A stretch of DNA of 64,000 nt from Tagaea sp. (lineage in GTDB: Bacteria > Pseudomonadota > Alphaproteobacteria > CACIAM-22H2): positions 1,568,001 through 1,632,000 of the forward strand of contig CBDIIB010000005.1 of NCBI GenBank assembly GCA_965279525.1. Reading direction: 5' to 3'. Positions 26,567 to 35,984 of the stretch are shown here, piece by piece (within the stretch, counting starts at the first letter, position 1; each line of letters begins with the position of its first letter). The notes beneath the pieces are model-generated. The model saw only the letters and a list, made by a program, of their open reading frames with translations. It had not been told where the DNA came from and ran no database searches. The translations under genes and the position numbers were made by a program.

Positions 26567-28240
26567 ATGGTTGAGCCGACAGCCGACGATCCGTTCGAAG
26601 CGCTTCTTGCCGCCGCAAACAGCGCGCGCGGCAACGGCGACCTCGCGACCGCCAGCATGCTCTACGACCGTGTCCTGCGGCTGCGGCCGTCCGATCCCGA
26701 CGCGCTCTACGACTACGGCCTCTATCTGATCGAGGCGGGCGAAGGCGAGAGCGCCTGCCAGATGCTGAACGCCGCGTTCGGACGGGATCCGTCGAACCTG
26801 AAGCTCGCCGCCGGCCTCGGGCACGCACTTCGCGCGACGGACCGTTACGCGCTTGCCGAGAGCGTCTGGCGTTCGCTGACGACCGTGATGCCCGACCAGG
26901 CGCAGCCGTTCTACGAACTCGGCCAGTCGTTGCTGGGGCTGGCGCGCCCGGAAGACTCCGTTCCCGTCTTCCGGCAGGCGCTGGCGAACAGTACGGGTCC
27001 GCTGCGCGACCTGTGCTGGAAAGCCTATCTGCTGGCGATGGCCTATGCCGACGGGATCGACCCGCTAACGGTGCGCGACGAGAACCGGCGGCGCGTCGCG
27101 GAACTGGCACCGGTCCCGGCCGGCCGACGCCATGCCAATGTCCGCGATCCCGGGCGCCGGCTCCGGATCGGCTACATCTCTTCCGATTTCCGCTTCCATT
27201 CCGTCGCCCGCACGATGGAGGCGCTGTTCGCCTTCCGCGACCGTCAGAACTTCGAAGTCATCGCCTATGCCGAGGACCGCCGGGTCGATGCGGTCACGCA
27301 CAAGTTCCGCGAGCTTGCCGACGGCTGGTTCTCGACCGTCGGACATGACGACGCGAGCGTGGCGCGGCGCATCCGCGACGACGGGATCGACGTGCTCGTC
27401 CTGTCGGCGGCCCATTTCGACGACAACCGGCTTGGCATCGCACTCCACCGGGCGGCGCCCGTGCAGGTCTCGATCTACGATTCCTCGTCGACCGGTTCCG
27501 ACGTGTTCGACGCTTTCGTTCTCGATCCGGTGATGGCGGCGGGCGGTGACGACCATTTCGCGGAGCGGCCCTTCCGGCTGCGCAGCATGTACGTCCATCC
27601 GCCGCTCGATCTCGCGCCGCCCGTCGCGGTTCCGCCGGCGGCCGCAAACGGCTACGTGACGTTCGGTTCGGCCAATCATCCGTCGAAATTCTCGCACCGC
27701 ACCTTCGCGCTCTGGGCGGCGGCGCTGCGCGCCGTGCCCGGCTCCCGGCTTCGGCTCAAATCGGCACGCCGATACGACGATCCGGCGATGCGCCAGGAAC
27801 TGGAAAATCGCTTCTCGGCGCTGGGTGTGGCGCCCGAACGCCTGGTTTTCGATCGCGGCGACCTCGGCATGGCGGCGCACCTTTCCTTCTATGGCCGGAT
27901 CGACATCTCGCTCGACACCACGCCGTTCAACGGCGCGACAACGACGTTCGAGTCGCTGTGGATGGGCGTTCCGGTCGTGGCACTTGCCGGACGCACGGTG
28001 ATGTCGCGCTGGGCGGCAGCCGTCCTGTCGCGGATCAACCGCCGGGAATGGACGGCTGACGACGAGGGCGGCTATGCGCGGATCGCCGCCGGGCTTGCCG
28101 CCGAGGCCGCCGGGCAGGACCGCGCCGGCCTGCGCGCGCGCGTGCAGGCATCCGCACTTTGCGATCTCGGCCGACATGCGCGCGATTACGAGAGGCTCTA
28201 CCGAACGCTCTGGCGTCGCTGGTGTCGGCGAAACCCGTGA
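26567..28240 (+). CDS. TPR-containing GT41 glycosyltransferase (SPINDLY/OGT-like)
   Basis: N-terminal TPRs; RIGYISSDFRFHSV, FGSANHPSKF, DISLDTTPFNGATTTFESLWMGVPVV. Confidence 0.88.
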   Translation: MVEPTADDPFEALLAAANSARGNGDLATASMLYDRVLRLRPSDPDALYDYGLYLIEAGEGESACQMLNAAFGRDPSNLKLAAGLGHALRATDRYALAESVWRSLTTVMPDQAQPFYELGQSLLGLARPEDSVPVFRQALANSTGPLRDLCWKAYLLAMAYADGIDPLTVRDENRRRVAELAPVPAGRRHANVRDPGRRLRIGYISSDFRFHSVARTMEALFAFRDRQNFEVIAYAEDRRVDAVTHKFRELADGWFSTVGHDDASVARRIRDDGIDVLVLSAAHFDDNRLGIALHRAAPVQVSIYDSSSTGSDVFDAFVLDPVMAAGGDDHFAERPFRLRSMYVHPPLDLAPPVAVPPAAANGYVTFGSANHPSKFSHRTFALWAAALRAVPGSRLRLKSARRYDDPAMRQELENRFSALGVAPERLVFDRGDLGMAAHLSFYGRIDISLDTTPFNGATTTFESLWMGVPVVALAGRTVMSRWAAAVLSRINRREWTADDEGGYARIAAGLAAEAAGQDRAGLRARVQASALCDLGRHARDYERLYRTLWRRWCRRNP

Positions 28241-28328
28241 ATTCCGGCCGTTCCGCCATGTTGCGGTGCGGCATCACTTGACGTTGGCGCCGCCGGCGCC
28301 AATCTTGTGCGGAGGAGGAGATCCGCAC

Positions 28329-29111
28329 ATGACCGACGGTGAAGCCGTCCCGGTCGCAGGATCGGAAGAGCAGAAGAAGCTCGAGATTCTCGCTGTCGAA
28401 GTGCTCTGCGGTTTCATCGAAACCGTGCATGCGCGCCAGAAGGCCGACGACGCGCCGATCGAGCTGTCCGATCTCAATCTCGCGATGACCGAGATGATCA
28501 ACAACGGCCGGATCGCGAAGATCGCCGAAGTGGCGCTGAGCGGAATCGGGCAGGGGCTTCGCCACCGATGGGCGCGGCTGCTGCGCAAGGACGCGTTCGG
28601 CCGGCTGCTGTGCGAGCCGCTCTCCGGCCTGTTCGAGGAAGGCAAGGTCCCGCGCAGCGTGCATCACGGGGTGCGCCATTTCGCGCGTCTGGTGCTCGGC
28701 GAGGAACTCGAACGCGCGCTCGAGAAGGAGTGCGGGAAGATCGTCGCCAGCTGCACCGAGCGCGAAGGGGTCGACTGGCAGCGCTTCTACCGGATCGCCC
28801 AGCCGATCTACTGGCAGTTCGCCGTCCGCCTGCCGTCCGCCTTCCGGCATTTCGATGCACGATTGAGCCACCTGCTCGGCATCCTTAATACAAACACCGG
28901 TCAGGTCAGCCTGTCGGCCAACGTCGTGGTCAAGACGGGCCGGGCCTTCAACACCGACATCGTCGGTCCGGCCCAGGTCCGTCTGATGCTGTCGGCCTGG
29001 CTTGCGGCGGTCGACGCGCTCGACGATGCCGAACGCGCGTCGATGGCGGCCGCGACCGGATTTACGGTCAATTTCGACGAATTGCGCGCCGAACTCGATC
29101 CGGACGCGTAA
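28329..29111 (+). CDS. Hypothetical protein (probably helical, cytoplasmic)
   Basis: Strong RBS GGAGGAGGAG, coding-like codon usage, fills the gap; no recognised motif. Confidence 0.7.
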   Translation: MTDGEAVPVAGSEEQKKLEILAVEVLCGFIETVHARQKADDAPIELSDLNLAMTEMINNGRIAKIAEVALSGIGQGLRHRWARLLRKDAFGRLLCEPLSGLFEEGKVPRSVHHGVRHFARLVLGEELERALEKECGKIVASCTEREGVDWQRFYRIAQPIYWQFAVRLPSAFRHFDARLSHLLGILNTNTGQVSLSANVVVKTGRAFNTDIVGPAQVRLMLSAWLAAVDALDDAERASMAAATGFTVNFDELRAELDPDA

Positions 29112-29225
29112 CTTCCGGCTTCAATTCCGGCGAACCTGCGCTATATGCTGGCGCCAACGGCTGCCGCGCGAAGCGGTGCCGGGCCCGACACGGCCCTTTC
29201 ATTTCCCCCAGGGAGGTTCTCCAAA

Positions 29226-30212
29226 ATGACCATTTCACGCCGCCAGCTGCTCGCCGGAGCCGCCGCCGTCCCGCTGGTTCCCGCCCTTGCCCGCGCACAG
29301 GGCCGCGACCCGAGCTGGCCCGCCAACGTCACGCTCGGCACCGCGTCGGTCGGCGGCACCTATTTCGTCTACGGGCAGGCATGGGCCAGCCTCGTGGGCG
29401 AGAAGATCGGCCTCAACATCAACACCCAGCAGACGCAGGGCCCCAACCAGAACCTGCTGCTCGTCCAGGGCAAGCAGATCGAGCTTGGCATGGTCACGAT
29501 GGGTGTGGCGCTGCAGGCCTGGAACGGCCAGGGCGAATGGACCAAGGGCCAGCAGATGCGCGACGTGCGCGCCCTGTTCCCGATGTACGACACGCCGTTC
29601 CATTTCGTGGCACTGCGCCGTTCGGGCATCACGAGCGTGGCCCAGCTCGCGGGCAAGCGCGTCGGCGTCGGCCCGCGCGCCGGTACGCCGGGCACGTATT
29701 TCCCGCTGATGTTCCAGGCACTCGGCATTCAGAACGTGACCGTCCGCAACGGCCAGGCCGCCGACATGGGTTCGCAGCTCGGCGACGGGCTCATCGACTG
29801 CTTCGCCTTCGCCGCCGGCCTGCCGATCCCGAACTTCTCGGAACTGTCGGCAAGCCAGGACGTCGTCTTCTTCGGCTACACGCCGGCCGAAGTCGCCAAG
29901 CTCACCCAGGCGATGCCGGAACTTTCGCCGGCCTCGATCCCGGCCGGAACCTACAAGCAGATGGCGCAGGCCGACGCCACGGTGGGCCTGTTCAACTTCG
30001 CCATCGCGCACCGCACGGTTCCCGACTCGCTCGCCTACGCGATCGTCAAGGCTGTGCACGAGAACCACGACGCGATGGTCAAGGGACATGCGGCGGCCAA
30101 GGAAACGGTGCCGGCGAATCTCGGCAAGAACACGTTCCTGCCGTTCCATCCGGGTGCCGCGAAGTACTATCGCGAGAAGGGCCACACCATCGCGGCCAAT
30201 CTCGTCGGATGA
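29226..30212 (+). CDS. TAXI family TRAP transporter solute-binding protein (Tat signal)
   Basis: SRRQLL, GTASVGGTYF, PFHPGAAKYY. Confidence 0.92.
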   Translation: MTISRRQLLAGAAAVPLVPALARAQGRDPSWPANVTLGTASVGGTYFVYGQAWASLVGEKIGLNINTQQTQGPNQNLLLVQGKQIELGMVTMGVALQAWNGQGEWTKGQQMRDVRALFPMYDTPFHFVALRRSGITSVAQLAGKRVGVGPRAGTPGTYFPLMFQALGIQNVTVRNGQAADMGSQLGDGLIDCFAFAAGLPIPNFSELSASQDVVFFGYTPAEVAKLTQAMPELSPASIPAGTYKQMAQADATVGLFNFAIAHRTVPDSLAYAIVKAVHENHDAMVKGHAAAKETVPANLGKNTFLPFHPGAAKYYREKGHTIAANLVG

Positions 30213-30223
30213 CATGAGGCGCT

Positions 30224-30248
30224 GCCGGGCTCCGGAGGGGAGCCCGGC
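30224..30248 (+). other. Intergenic hairpin between TAXI SBP and permease
   Basis: GCCGGGCTCC-GGAGG-GGAGCCCGGC. Confidence 0.6.
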
Positions 30249-30281
30249 CGGCGCACCGAACAGGAACGGACAAGAAAACGG

Positions 30282-32216
30282 ATGAAGAAAATCGACGCGC
30301 CTGGCGCCGTCGCGGCAGGCGATGTCGCGATCGAGACGCCGGAGGAGGAATTTTCCGGTCTCAAGCGCGCGCTGACGGGCGTCGAGGCGCAGCTGATCTT
30401 CGCGATCGGCGTGATTTTCACGGCCTATCACATCGTGGCGCTGAATTTCCTGCCTCAGGAAGCGCTGCTGTTCCGCGTGACGCATGTCGCGATGGGCTCG
30501 ATCCTCGGTTTCGCGCTCTACCGGCCATTCAAGGATTCCAGCGCCGATCGCATCCCCTGGTACGACTGGATGCTGATAGCGCTGTCGGTCGGGTGCGCCG
30601 TCTACATGTACTGGGAGCTCGACGGCCTGCTCTTCCGGGCCGGCGCCATTCCTGATCCGCTCGACATATGGAGCGGATTGATCGGCACGCTGCTCGTGCT
30701 CGAGTTCGCGCGTCGCACGGCGGGGCTCGCCCTGCCGATCATCTCGGGCATCTTCATCCTCTACGTCTTCGTCGGGCCGTGGCTGCCGGGCGTGCTCTAC
30801 CATCGTGGCTTCGAGTGGCAGCGTTTCTTCGCCTACATCTACTCGGACCTCGGCATCTTCGGCACGACGACCGAGGCGTCGTCGAACTTCATCGTGCTGT
30901 TCGTCGCCTTCGGCGCGTTCCTGCAGGTCTCGAAAGTCGGCGACTATTTCAACGACCTGTCGCTGTCGCTTTTCGGCGGCCTGCGCGGCGGTCCGGCCAA
31001 GGCGACGGTCGCGTCCGGCGTGCTGTTCGGCACGATCTCGGGCTCTTCCGTCGCCAATGTCGTGGCGTCCGGTTCCGTGACGATCCCGATGATGCGCCGC
31101 GTGGGCTACGATCGCGTGACGGCGGGTGCCGTCGAGGCGACGTCGTCGACCGGCGGCCAGATCACGCCGCCCGTGCTGGGGGCCGGCGCCTTCCTGATGG
31201 CCGAGATCACCGGCATTCCCTATTCCGACATCGCCTATGCGGCGATCATCCCGTGCGTGCTGTTCTACATCGCCTGCTACGCGCACGTGGAGTTGCACGC
31301 GCGCATCCACAAGCTCGATGGCCTGCCGCGCTCCGAGCTTCCCGGCCTGCCGGGCCTGATCCGCAAGTGCTACCTGTTCACGCCCGTCATCATCATGGTG
31401 TGGCTGCTCGTCGAGGGCTATTCGGCGTTCCGCGCCGGGTCGCTCGCGATCCTTGCCGCGATCGTGGTGAGCTGGCTCGACCGCGAGCATGCGGTCGGCC
31501 CGCGCCGCGCGATGCGCGCGCTCGAACAGGGTGCGCGCGACTCCCTGCAGCTTGTCGCGGTGTGCGCGGCCGCCGGCATCATCGTGGGCGTCATCGCGCT
31601 GACCGGGATCGGCGGACGTTTCGCGCAGCTGCTGCTGCAGTTCGCCGGCGACAACGTGCTTTTCGCCATGATCTTCGCGATGGTCGTGGCGCTGGTACTC
31701 GGCATGGGCATGCCGACGACGGCGGCCTATGCGATCGCCGCTGCGGTCATCGCGCCGGGCCTCCAGCGGCTCGGCGTGCCGCCGCTGATCGCGCACATGT
31801 TCATCTTCTATTATGCCGTCGTGTCGGCGATCACGCCGCCGGTGGCACTCGCCTCGTTTGCTGCCGCCGCGATCGCGCAGGCCGACCCGTGGAAGACCGC
31901 GTTCGTGTCGGTCAAGATGGGCCTTGCGGTTTTCATCGTGCCATTCATGTTTTTCTATTCGCCGCTGCTGCTCGGCCAGGGCACGGCCGCGGAAATCGCA
32001 CCGGTGTTGATCAGTGCGGCTATCGGCGTCGTGCTGCTGGCCTGCTCGACCGAAGGCTGGTTCTGCCGGCAGATCGGCTGGATGCTGCGCGTGCCGCTTG
32101 CCGTAGGCGCCTTGCTGCTGATAACGCCCGGCACGATCACCGACATCATCGGCATCGGCATCGCCGCTTGCGTCTATGCCGCCGCGCGGCTGATGCCCGA
32201 ATTCTCGAAGACCTGA
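30282..32216 (+). CDS. TRAP transporter fused permease (4TM/12TM, TAXI-type)
   Basis: GGPAKA, SGSSVANV, GGQITPPVLGAGAF, GMGMPTTAAY, ITPPVALA. Confidence 0.93.
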   Translation: MKKIDAPGAVAAGDVAIETPEEEFSGLKRALTGVEAQLIFAIGVIFTAYHIVALNFLPQEALLFRVTHVAMGSILGFALYRPFKDSSADRIPWYDWMLIALSVGCAVYMYWELDGLLFRAGAIPDPLDIWSGLIGTLLVLEFARRTAGLALPIISGIFILYVFVGPWLPGVLYHRGFEWQRFFAYIYSDLGIFGTTTEASSNFIVLFVAFGAFLQVSKVGDYFNDLSLSLFGGLRGGPAKATVASGVLFGTISGSSVANVVASGSVTIPMMRRVGYDRVTAGAVEATSSTGGQITPPVLGAGAFLMAEITGIPYSDIAYAAIIPCVLFYIACYAHVELHARIHKLDGLPRSELPGLPGLIRKCYLFTPVIIMVWLLVEGYSAFRAGSLAILAAIVVSWLDREHAVGPRRAMRALEQGARDSLQLVAVCAAAGIIVGVIALTGIGGRFAQLLLQFAGDNVLFAMIFAMVVALVLGMGMPTTAAYAIAAAVIAPGLQRLGVPPLIAHMFIFYYAVVSAITPPVALASFAAAAIAQADPWKTAFVSVKMGLAVFIVPFMFFYSPLLLGQGTAAEIAPVLISAAIGVVLLACSTEGWFCRQIGWMLRVPLAVGALLLITPGTITDIIGIGIAACVYAAARLMPEFSKT

Positions 32217-32227
32217 AGGCCGCCGTC

Positions 32228-32644
32228 GTGCATGCGACACGACGTCAGGCGATCGCGCTGATCGGCCTGCTGCCGGCGATTCCTGCGCGCGCGGCCGAGC
32301 CGGGTCCCGCGGCTTTCATGGCGCGCGCGTTCGAGATGCGCCGACGTGCCGAATTGGCCGGCGACCAGCCCTATGGCGCCGTCGTCACCCGGGACGGGGC
32401 GATCGTCGGCGAGGCGGCCAGCGCCGTGGTCGCGCGCCGCGATGCAAATGCGCATGCCGAGCGGCTCGCAATTGCCGACGCGCAGCGTCGCTCGGGGCAA
32501 ACCGATCTAGGCGGGGCCGTTCTCTATTCCTCGTCGCGGCCGTGCGCGCTCTGCGAAGCTGCAGCCGCGCGTGCGGGCATCGCGCGGATGGTCCACGGCA
32601 CCGCGTTGACCGATGCGGGCCGGCCGCAGAAACCAACGGATTGA
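32228..32644 (+). CDS. Zn-dependent nucleoside deaminase (cytidine deaminase fold) with Tat-like leader
   Basis: PYGAVV, HAE, SSRPCALC; leader TRRQAIALIGLLPAIPARA; GTG start assumed. Confidence 0.8.
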   Translation: MHATRRQAIALIGLLPAIPARAAEPGPAAFMARAFEMRRRAELAGDQPYGAVVTRDGAIVGEAASAVVARRDANAHAERLAIADAQRRSGQTDLGGAVLYSSSRPCALCEAAAARAGIARMVHGTALTDAGRPQKPTD

Positions 32645-32655
32645 GGGACAGCGGC

Positions 32656-32729
32656 TGGAGCGGGTGAAGGGAATCGAACCCTCGTCTTGAGCTTGGGAAG
32701 CTCCGGCTCTACCATTGAGCTACACCCGC
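32656..32729 (-). tRNA. tRNA-Gly (CCC)
   Basis: Reverse complement GCGGGTGTAGCTCAATGGTAGAGCCGGAGCTTCCCAAGCTCAAGACGAGGGTTCGATTCCCTTCACCCGCTCCA folds as a cloverleaf, anticodon CCC, encoded CCA. Confidence 0.97.
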
Positions 32730-32789
32730 GTGCCAAGCGCCGAGGCGCAATATAGGAACAGTCCGGGGTGCCGGGCAAGTCGGGCGCGC

Positions 32790-32819
32790 TTGACAGGACC
32801 GTGCCCAGTCGCCTAGTTT
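32790..32819 (+). promoter_or_regulatory. Putative sigma70 promoter of metZ
   Basis: TTGACA-N18-TAGTTT just upstream of the riboswitch. Confidence 0.65.
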
Positions 32820-32828
32820 GCGCTCGTT

Positions 32829-32890
32829 ACCGTGGTGATTTGAGCCGGCCGGCTTGCGGACCACGTAAAAGAAGCCGCTAAAAGGTCGGA
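32829..32890 (+). promoter_or_regulatory. SAM-II (SAM_alpha) riboswitch
   Basis: CGTGGTGATTTGAGCCGG...TTGCGGACCACGTAAAA...GCTAAA matches the SAM-II consensus (P1 CGTGGT/ACCACG, GCTAAA); upstream of metZ. Confidence 0.88.
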
Positions 32891-32963
32891 GCGTTTCGCG
32901 AGCGCAAGGCCCGTCGAACAGCCCCGAGCCAAAGGCCGGGGCTTTTGCATTCGGGGTAGCGTC

Positions 32964-34193
32964 ATGGCGAAGAAGAACGAATTCTCCACAAATCCGGCCT
33001 GGAAGCCGCGCACGGCGCTCGTGCATGGTGGCCAGGAACGCACGCAATGGTCCGAGACCGGCGAGGCGATGTTCCTGACATCGGGCTACGTCTACGCAAC
33101 GGCCGACGAGGCCGAGCGCGCGTTCGCCACACCCACCAAACTCGAGGACCAGCGCTTCGTCTATTCTCGCTTCGGCAACCCGACGGTGGCGATGTTCGAA
33201 GCGCGCCTCGCGGCACTCGAAGGCGCCGAAGCCTGCAAGGCCACGGCAAGCGGCATGGCCGCGGTGTTCGCGGCACTTGCCTGCCAGCTCAAGGCAGGCT
33301 CGCGCATCGTGTCGTCGCGCGCCCTATTCGGTTCGTGCCACTACATCGTCACCGAGCTCCTGCCGCGCTGGGGCGTCGAAAGCGTGCTGGTCGACGGTCC
33401 GGATCTTTCGGCCTGGAAGAAGGCGCTGTCGGTCAAGACCGATGTCGTGTTCCTCGAATCGCCGTCCAACCCGATGCTCGATCTCGTCGATGTCCGTGCC
33501 GTCGCGAAGCTTGCGAAGAAGGCTGGTGCCCGGGTCGTCGTCGACAACGTGTTCGCGACGCCGCTGCTGCAGAAGCCGCTGCAGCTCGGTGCCGACATCG
33601 TCGTCTATTCGGCGACCAAGCATATCGACGGGCAGGGGCGAGTCCTTGGCGGCGCCGTGCTCGGCGCGCGCGATTGGATCGACGGAACGCTCGTGCCGTT
33701 CCTGCGTCACACCGGGCCGACCCTGTCGGCATTCAATGCCTGGGTGCTGCTGAAGGGGCTCGAGACCTTGCCGCTGCGCGTGGAAGCGCACGGGCGTGGC
33801 GCGCTGGCGGTCGCGAAATTCCTCGAGAAAGCGAAGCCGATCGCGCGCGTGCTTTATCCCGGGCTCAAGTCGCATCCGCAGGCGGCACTCGCCCGCAAGC
33901 AGATGAAAGGCGGCGGCCCGCTCGTCGCATTCGATCTTGCCGGCGGCAAGAAGGCGGCGTTCGCGTTCGTCGATGCGTTGAAGCTGATCCGCATCTCGAA
34001 CAATCTGGGCGACGCCAAGAGCCTGATCTGCCATCCGGCGACGACCACGCACCAGCGCCTGCCGGCGGACGAAAAGAAGCGTCTCGCCATCGGTCCGGGG
34101 ACGCTTCGTCTGTCGGTCGGGATCGAGGATCCGGCCGACCTGCTCGAGGATCTGGCGCGCGGCCTTGCCGCCGCCACACGGGCCGGGCGCTAG
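32964..34193 (+). CDS. metZ: O-succinylhomoserine sulfhydrylase
   Basis: ETGEAMFLTSGY, YSRFGNPTV, YSATKHIDGQGR (PLP Lys), NNLGDAKS. Confidence 0.94.
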   Translation: MAKKNEFSTNPAWKPRTALVHGGQERTQWSETGEAMFLTSGYVYATADEAERAFATPTKLEDQRFVYSRFGNPTVAMFEARLAALEGAEACKATASGMAAVFAALACQLKAGSRIVSSRALFGSCHYIVTELLPRWGVESVLVDGPDLSAWKKALSVKTDVVFLESPSNPMLDLVDVRAVAKLAKKAGARVVVDNVFATPLLQKPLQLGADIVVYSATKHIDGQGRVLGGAVLGARDWIDGTLVPFLRHTGPTLSAFNAWVLLKGLETLPLRVEAHGRGALAVAKFLEKAKPIARVLYPGLKSHPQAALARKQMKGGGPLVAFDLAGGKKAAFAFVDALKLIRISNNLGDAKSLICHPATTTHQRLPADEKKRLAIGPGTLRLSVGIEDPADLLEDLARGLAAATRAGR

Positions 34194-34194
34194 C

Positions 34195-34830
34195 ATGGCG
34201 ATGGCCCCGACGTTCGTGGCGCTGTCGGCGCTCTGGGCGGCGGGGCTGGTCGCCAGCGGGATCGAACCCCACGACCGCCTGACCTGGTTGATGGAGGTCG
34301 CCCCCGCACTCGTCGCCTGGCCGATCCTCCATGCCACGCGCCGGTCCTTGCGCTTCACCGATCTCGCCTACGGGCTGATCGCGGTGCATGGCCTGATCTT
34401 GATGCTGGGTGCGGCTTATACCTATGCGCGGGTCCCGCTTGGCTTCACGCTGCAGGAAATTTTCACGCTCAGCCGGAATCCCTACGACAAGATCGGACAT
34501 TTCGCGCAGGGCTTCGTGCCGGCGATCGTCGCCCGCGAACTGCTGATCCGCATTTTCGGATTCGGCCGGACGCGCCTGCTCTCGTTTCTCGTCGTGTGCA
34601 TCTGCCTTGCGATCAGCGCAACGTATGAGCTGATCGAATGGGTTGCGGCGGTTTCCCTCGGCCAGGATGCCTCGGCGTTTCTCGGGACCCAAGGCGATCC
34701 GTGGGATACCCAGGCCGACATGGCCTTCGCGTTGGTGGGGGCATTGGCGGCCCTGACCTTGCGGGGCTGGCACGATCGGCAGATCGCCCGCCAGACCGAA
34801 TGTATGCGCAAGGTTGTCGGCCCGGCCTGA
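34195..34830 (+). CDS. DUF2238 (YjdF-like) membrane protein
   Basis: YTYARVPLG, RNPYDKIGHFAQG, FLGTQGDPWDTQADM. Confidence 0.88.
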   Translation: MAMAPTFVALSALWAAGLVASGIEPHDRLTWLMEVAPALVAWPILHATRRSLRFTDLAYGLIAVHGLILMLGAAYTYARVPLGFTLQEIFTLSRNPYDKIGHFAQGFVPAIVARELLIRIFGFGRTRLLSFLVVCICLAISATYELIEWVAAVSLGQDASAFLGTQGDPWDTQADMAFALVGALAALTLRGWHDRQIARQTECMRKVVGPA

Positions 34831-34917
34831 CGGCAATTGGGGGCCGGGGGTTGGCCAGATGGGTGGTGCGGCCTATACTCCCTCGGACAGGCCCCGACCC
34901 CAAACCCCCGTGCCACC

Positions 34918-35310
34918 ATGTACAGCGAGACGACCCGCGAGATCAAAGTGACGGTCAAACCGGTCTATCTCGAAGACCAGTCCTCGCCGCACGAGAACCA
35001 TTTCGTCTGGGCTTATCATGTCCGGATCGAGAATCTTGGCGGCCAGACCGTCCAGCTGCGCGCCCGGCACTGGAAGATCACCGACGCGAACGGCCGCCTG
35101 CAGGAAGTGCGCGGGGCGGGCGTGGTCGGCGAACAGCCGGTCCTCAAGCCCGGCGAGAAGTTCGAGTACACGTCCGGGACGCCGCTCGGAACACCGTCCG
35201 GCATCATGGTCGGCAGTTACCAGATGGAAACCGGGAGCGGCGAGACGTTCGACATCCGGGTCCCGGCCTTCTCGCTCGACTCGCCGAGCCAGGCCGTTCG
35301 CCTGAACTGA
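34918..35310 (+). CDS. apaG: ApaG protein
   Basis: [25 protein letters not shown]. Confidence 0.95.
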   Translation: MYSETTREIKVTVKPVYLEDQSSPHENHFVWAYHVRIENLGGQTVQLRARHWKITDANGRLQEVRGAGVVGEQPVLKPGEKFEYTSGTPLGTPSGIMVGSYQMETGSGETFDIRVPAFSLDSPSQAVRLN

Positions 35311-35356
35311 CGCGCCGCTACCGGTACACGCCAACCCCAAGGAAAGCATACCCCCA

Positions 35357-35977
35357 GTGAAAGCTCCCCTGAAGCCGATCGTGGCCGTCCCGTTCCGTCC
35401 CGACCGCAATGCGGCGGAGGAAGCCGTGCGCACGCTCATCCGCTGGGCCGGCGACGATCCGGACCGCGAAGGCCTGCTCGACACGCCAAAGCGCGTCACC
35501 CGCGCGTACGAGGAATGGTTTGCCGGATACGCCGAGGATCCGGTCGACATCCTGGCGCGCACCTTCGAGGAGACCGAGGGCTACGACGAGATGGTCGTGC
35601 TGAAAGACGTGCGCTTCGAAAGTTTCTGCGAACACCATCTGGCGCCGATCCTGGGATCGGTCGACGTGGCCTACCTGCCGGCGAGCCGCGTCGTCGGCAT
35701 CTCGAAGATCGCGCGCGTCATCGACGTTTTCGCCAAACGCATGCAGATCCAGGAGAAGCTGACGGCGCAGATCGCCAACACGATCGAGCACGTCCTCCAG
35801 CCCAAGGGCGTCGCGGTCGTGGTGCGCGGTCAGCACCAGTGCATGAGCACGCGCGGCGTGCACAAGACGGGCGTGACGATGGTCACGTCGCGCATGCTGG
35901 GCGCCTTCCGCGACAACGAATCCACGCGGCGCGAGTTCCTGGCGATCGTCGGAAATCCGCCGGTCCGGACGGGTTGA
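35357..35977 (+). CDS. folE: GTP cyclohydrolase I
   Basis: [34 protein letters not shown]. Confidence 0.95.
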   Translation: MKAPLKPIVAVPFRPDRNAAEEAVRTLIRWAGDDPDREGLLDTPKRVTRAYEEWFAGYAEDPVDILARTFEETEGYDEMVVLKDVRFESFCEHHLAPILGSVDVAYLPASRVVGISKIARVIDVFAKRMQIQEKLTAQIANTIEHVLQPKGVAVVVRGQHQCMSTRGVHKTGVTMVTSRMLGAFRDNESTRREFLAIVGNPPVRTG

Positions 35978-35984
35978 GCCGCGC

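Noticed and set aside
32656-32729. tRNA-Gly as an integration site for a genomic island
   Set aside because: No integrase in the window and no duplicated tRNA 3' end found by eye
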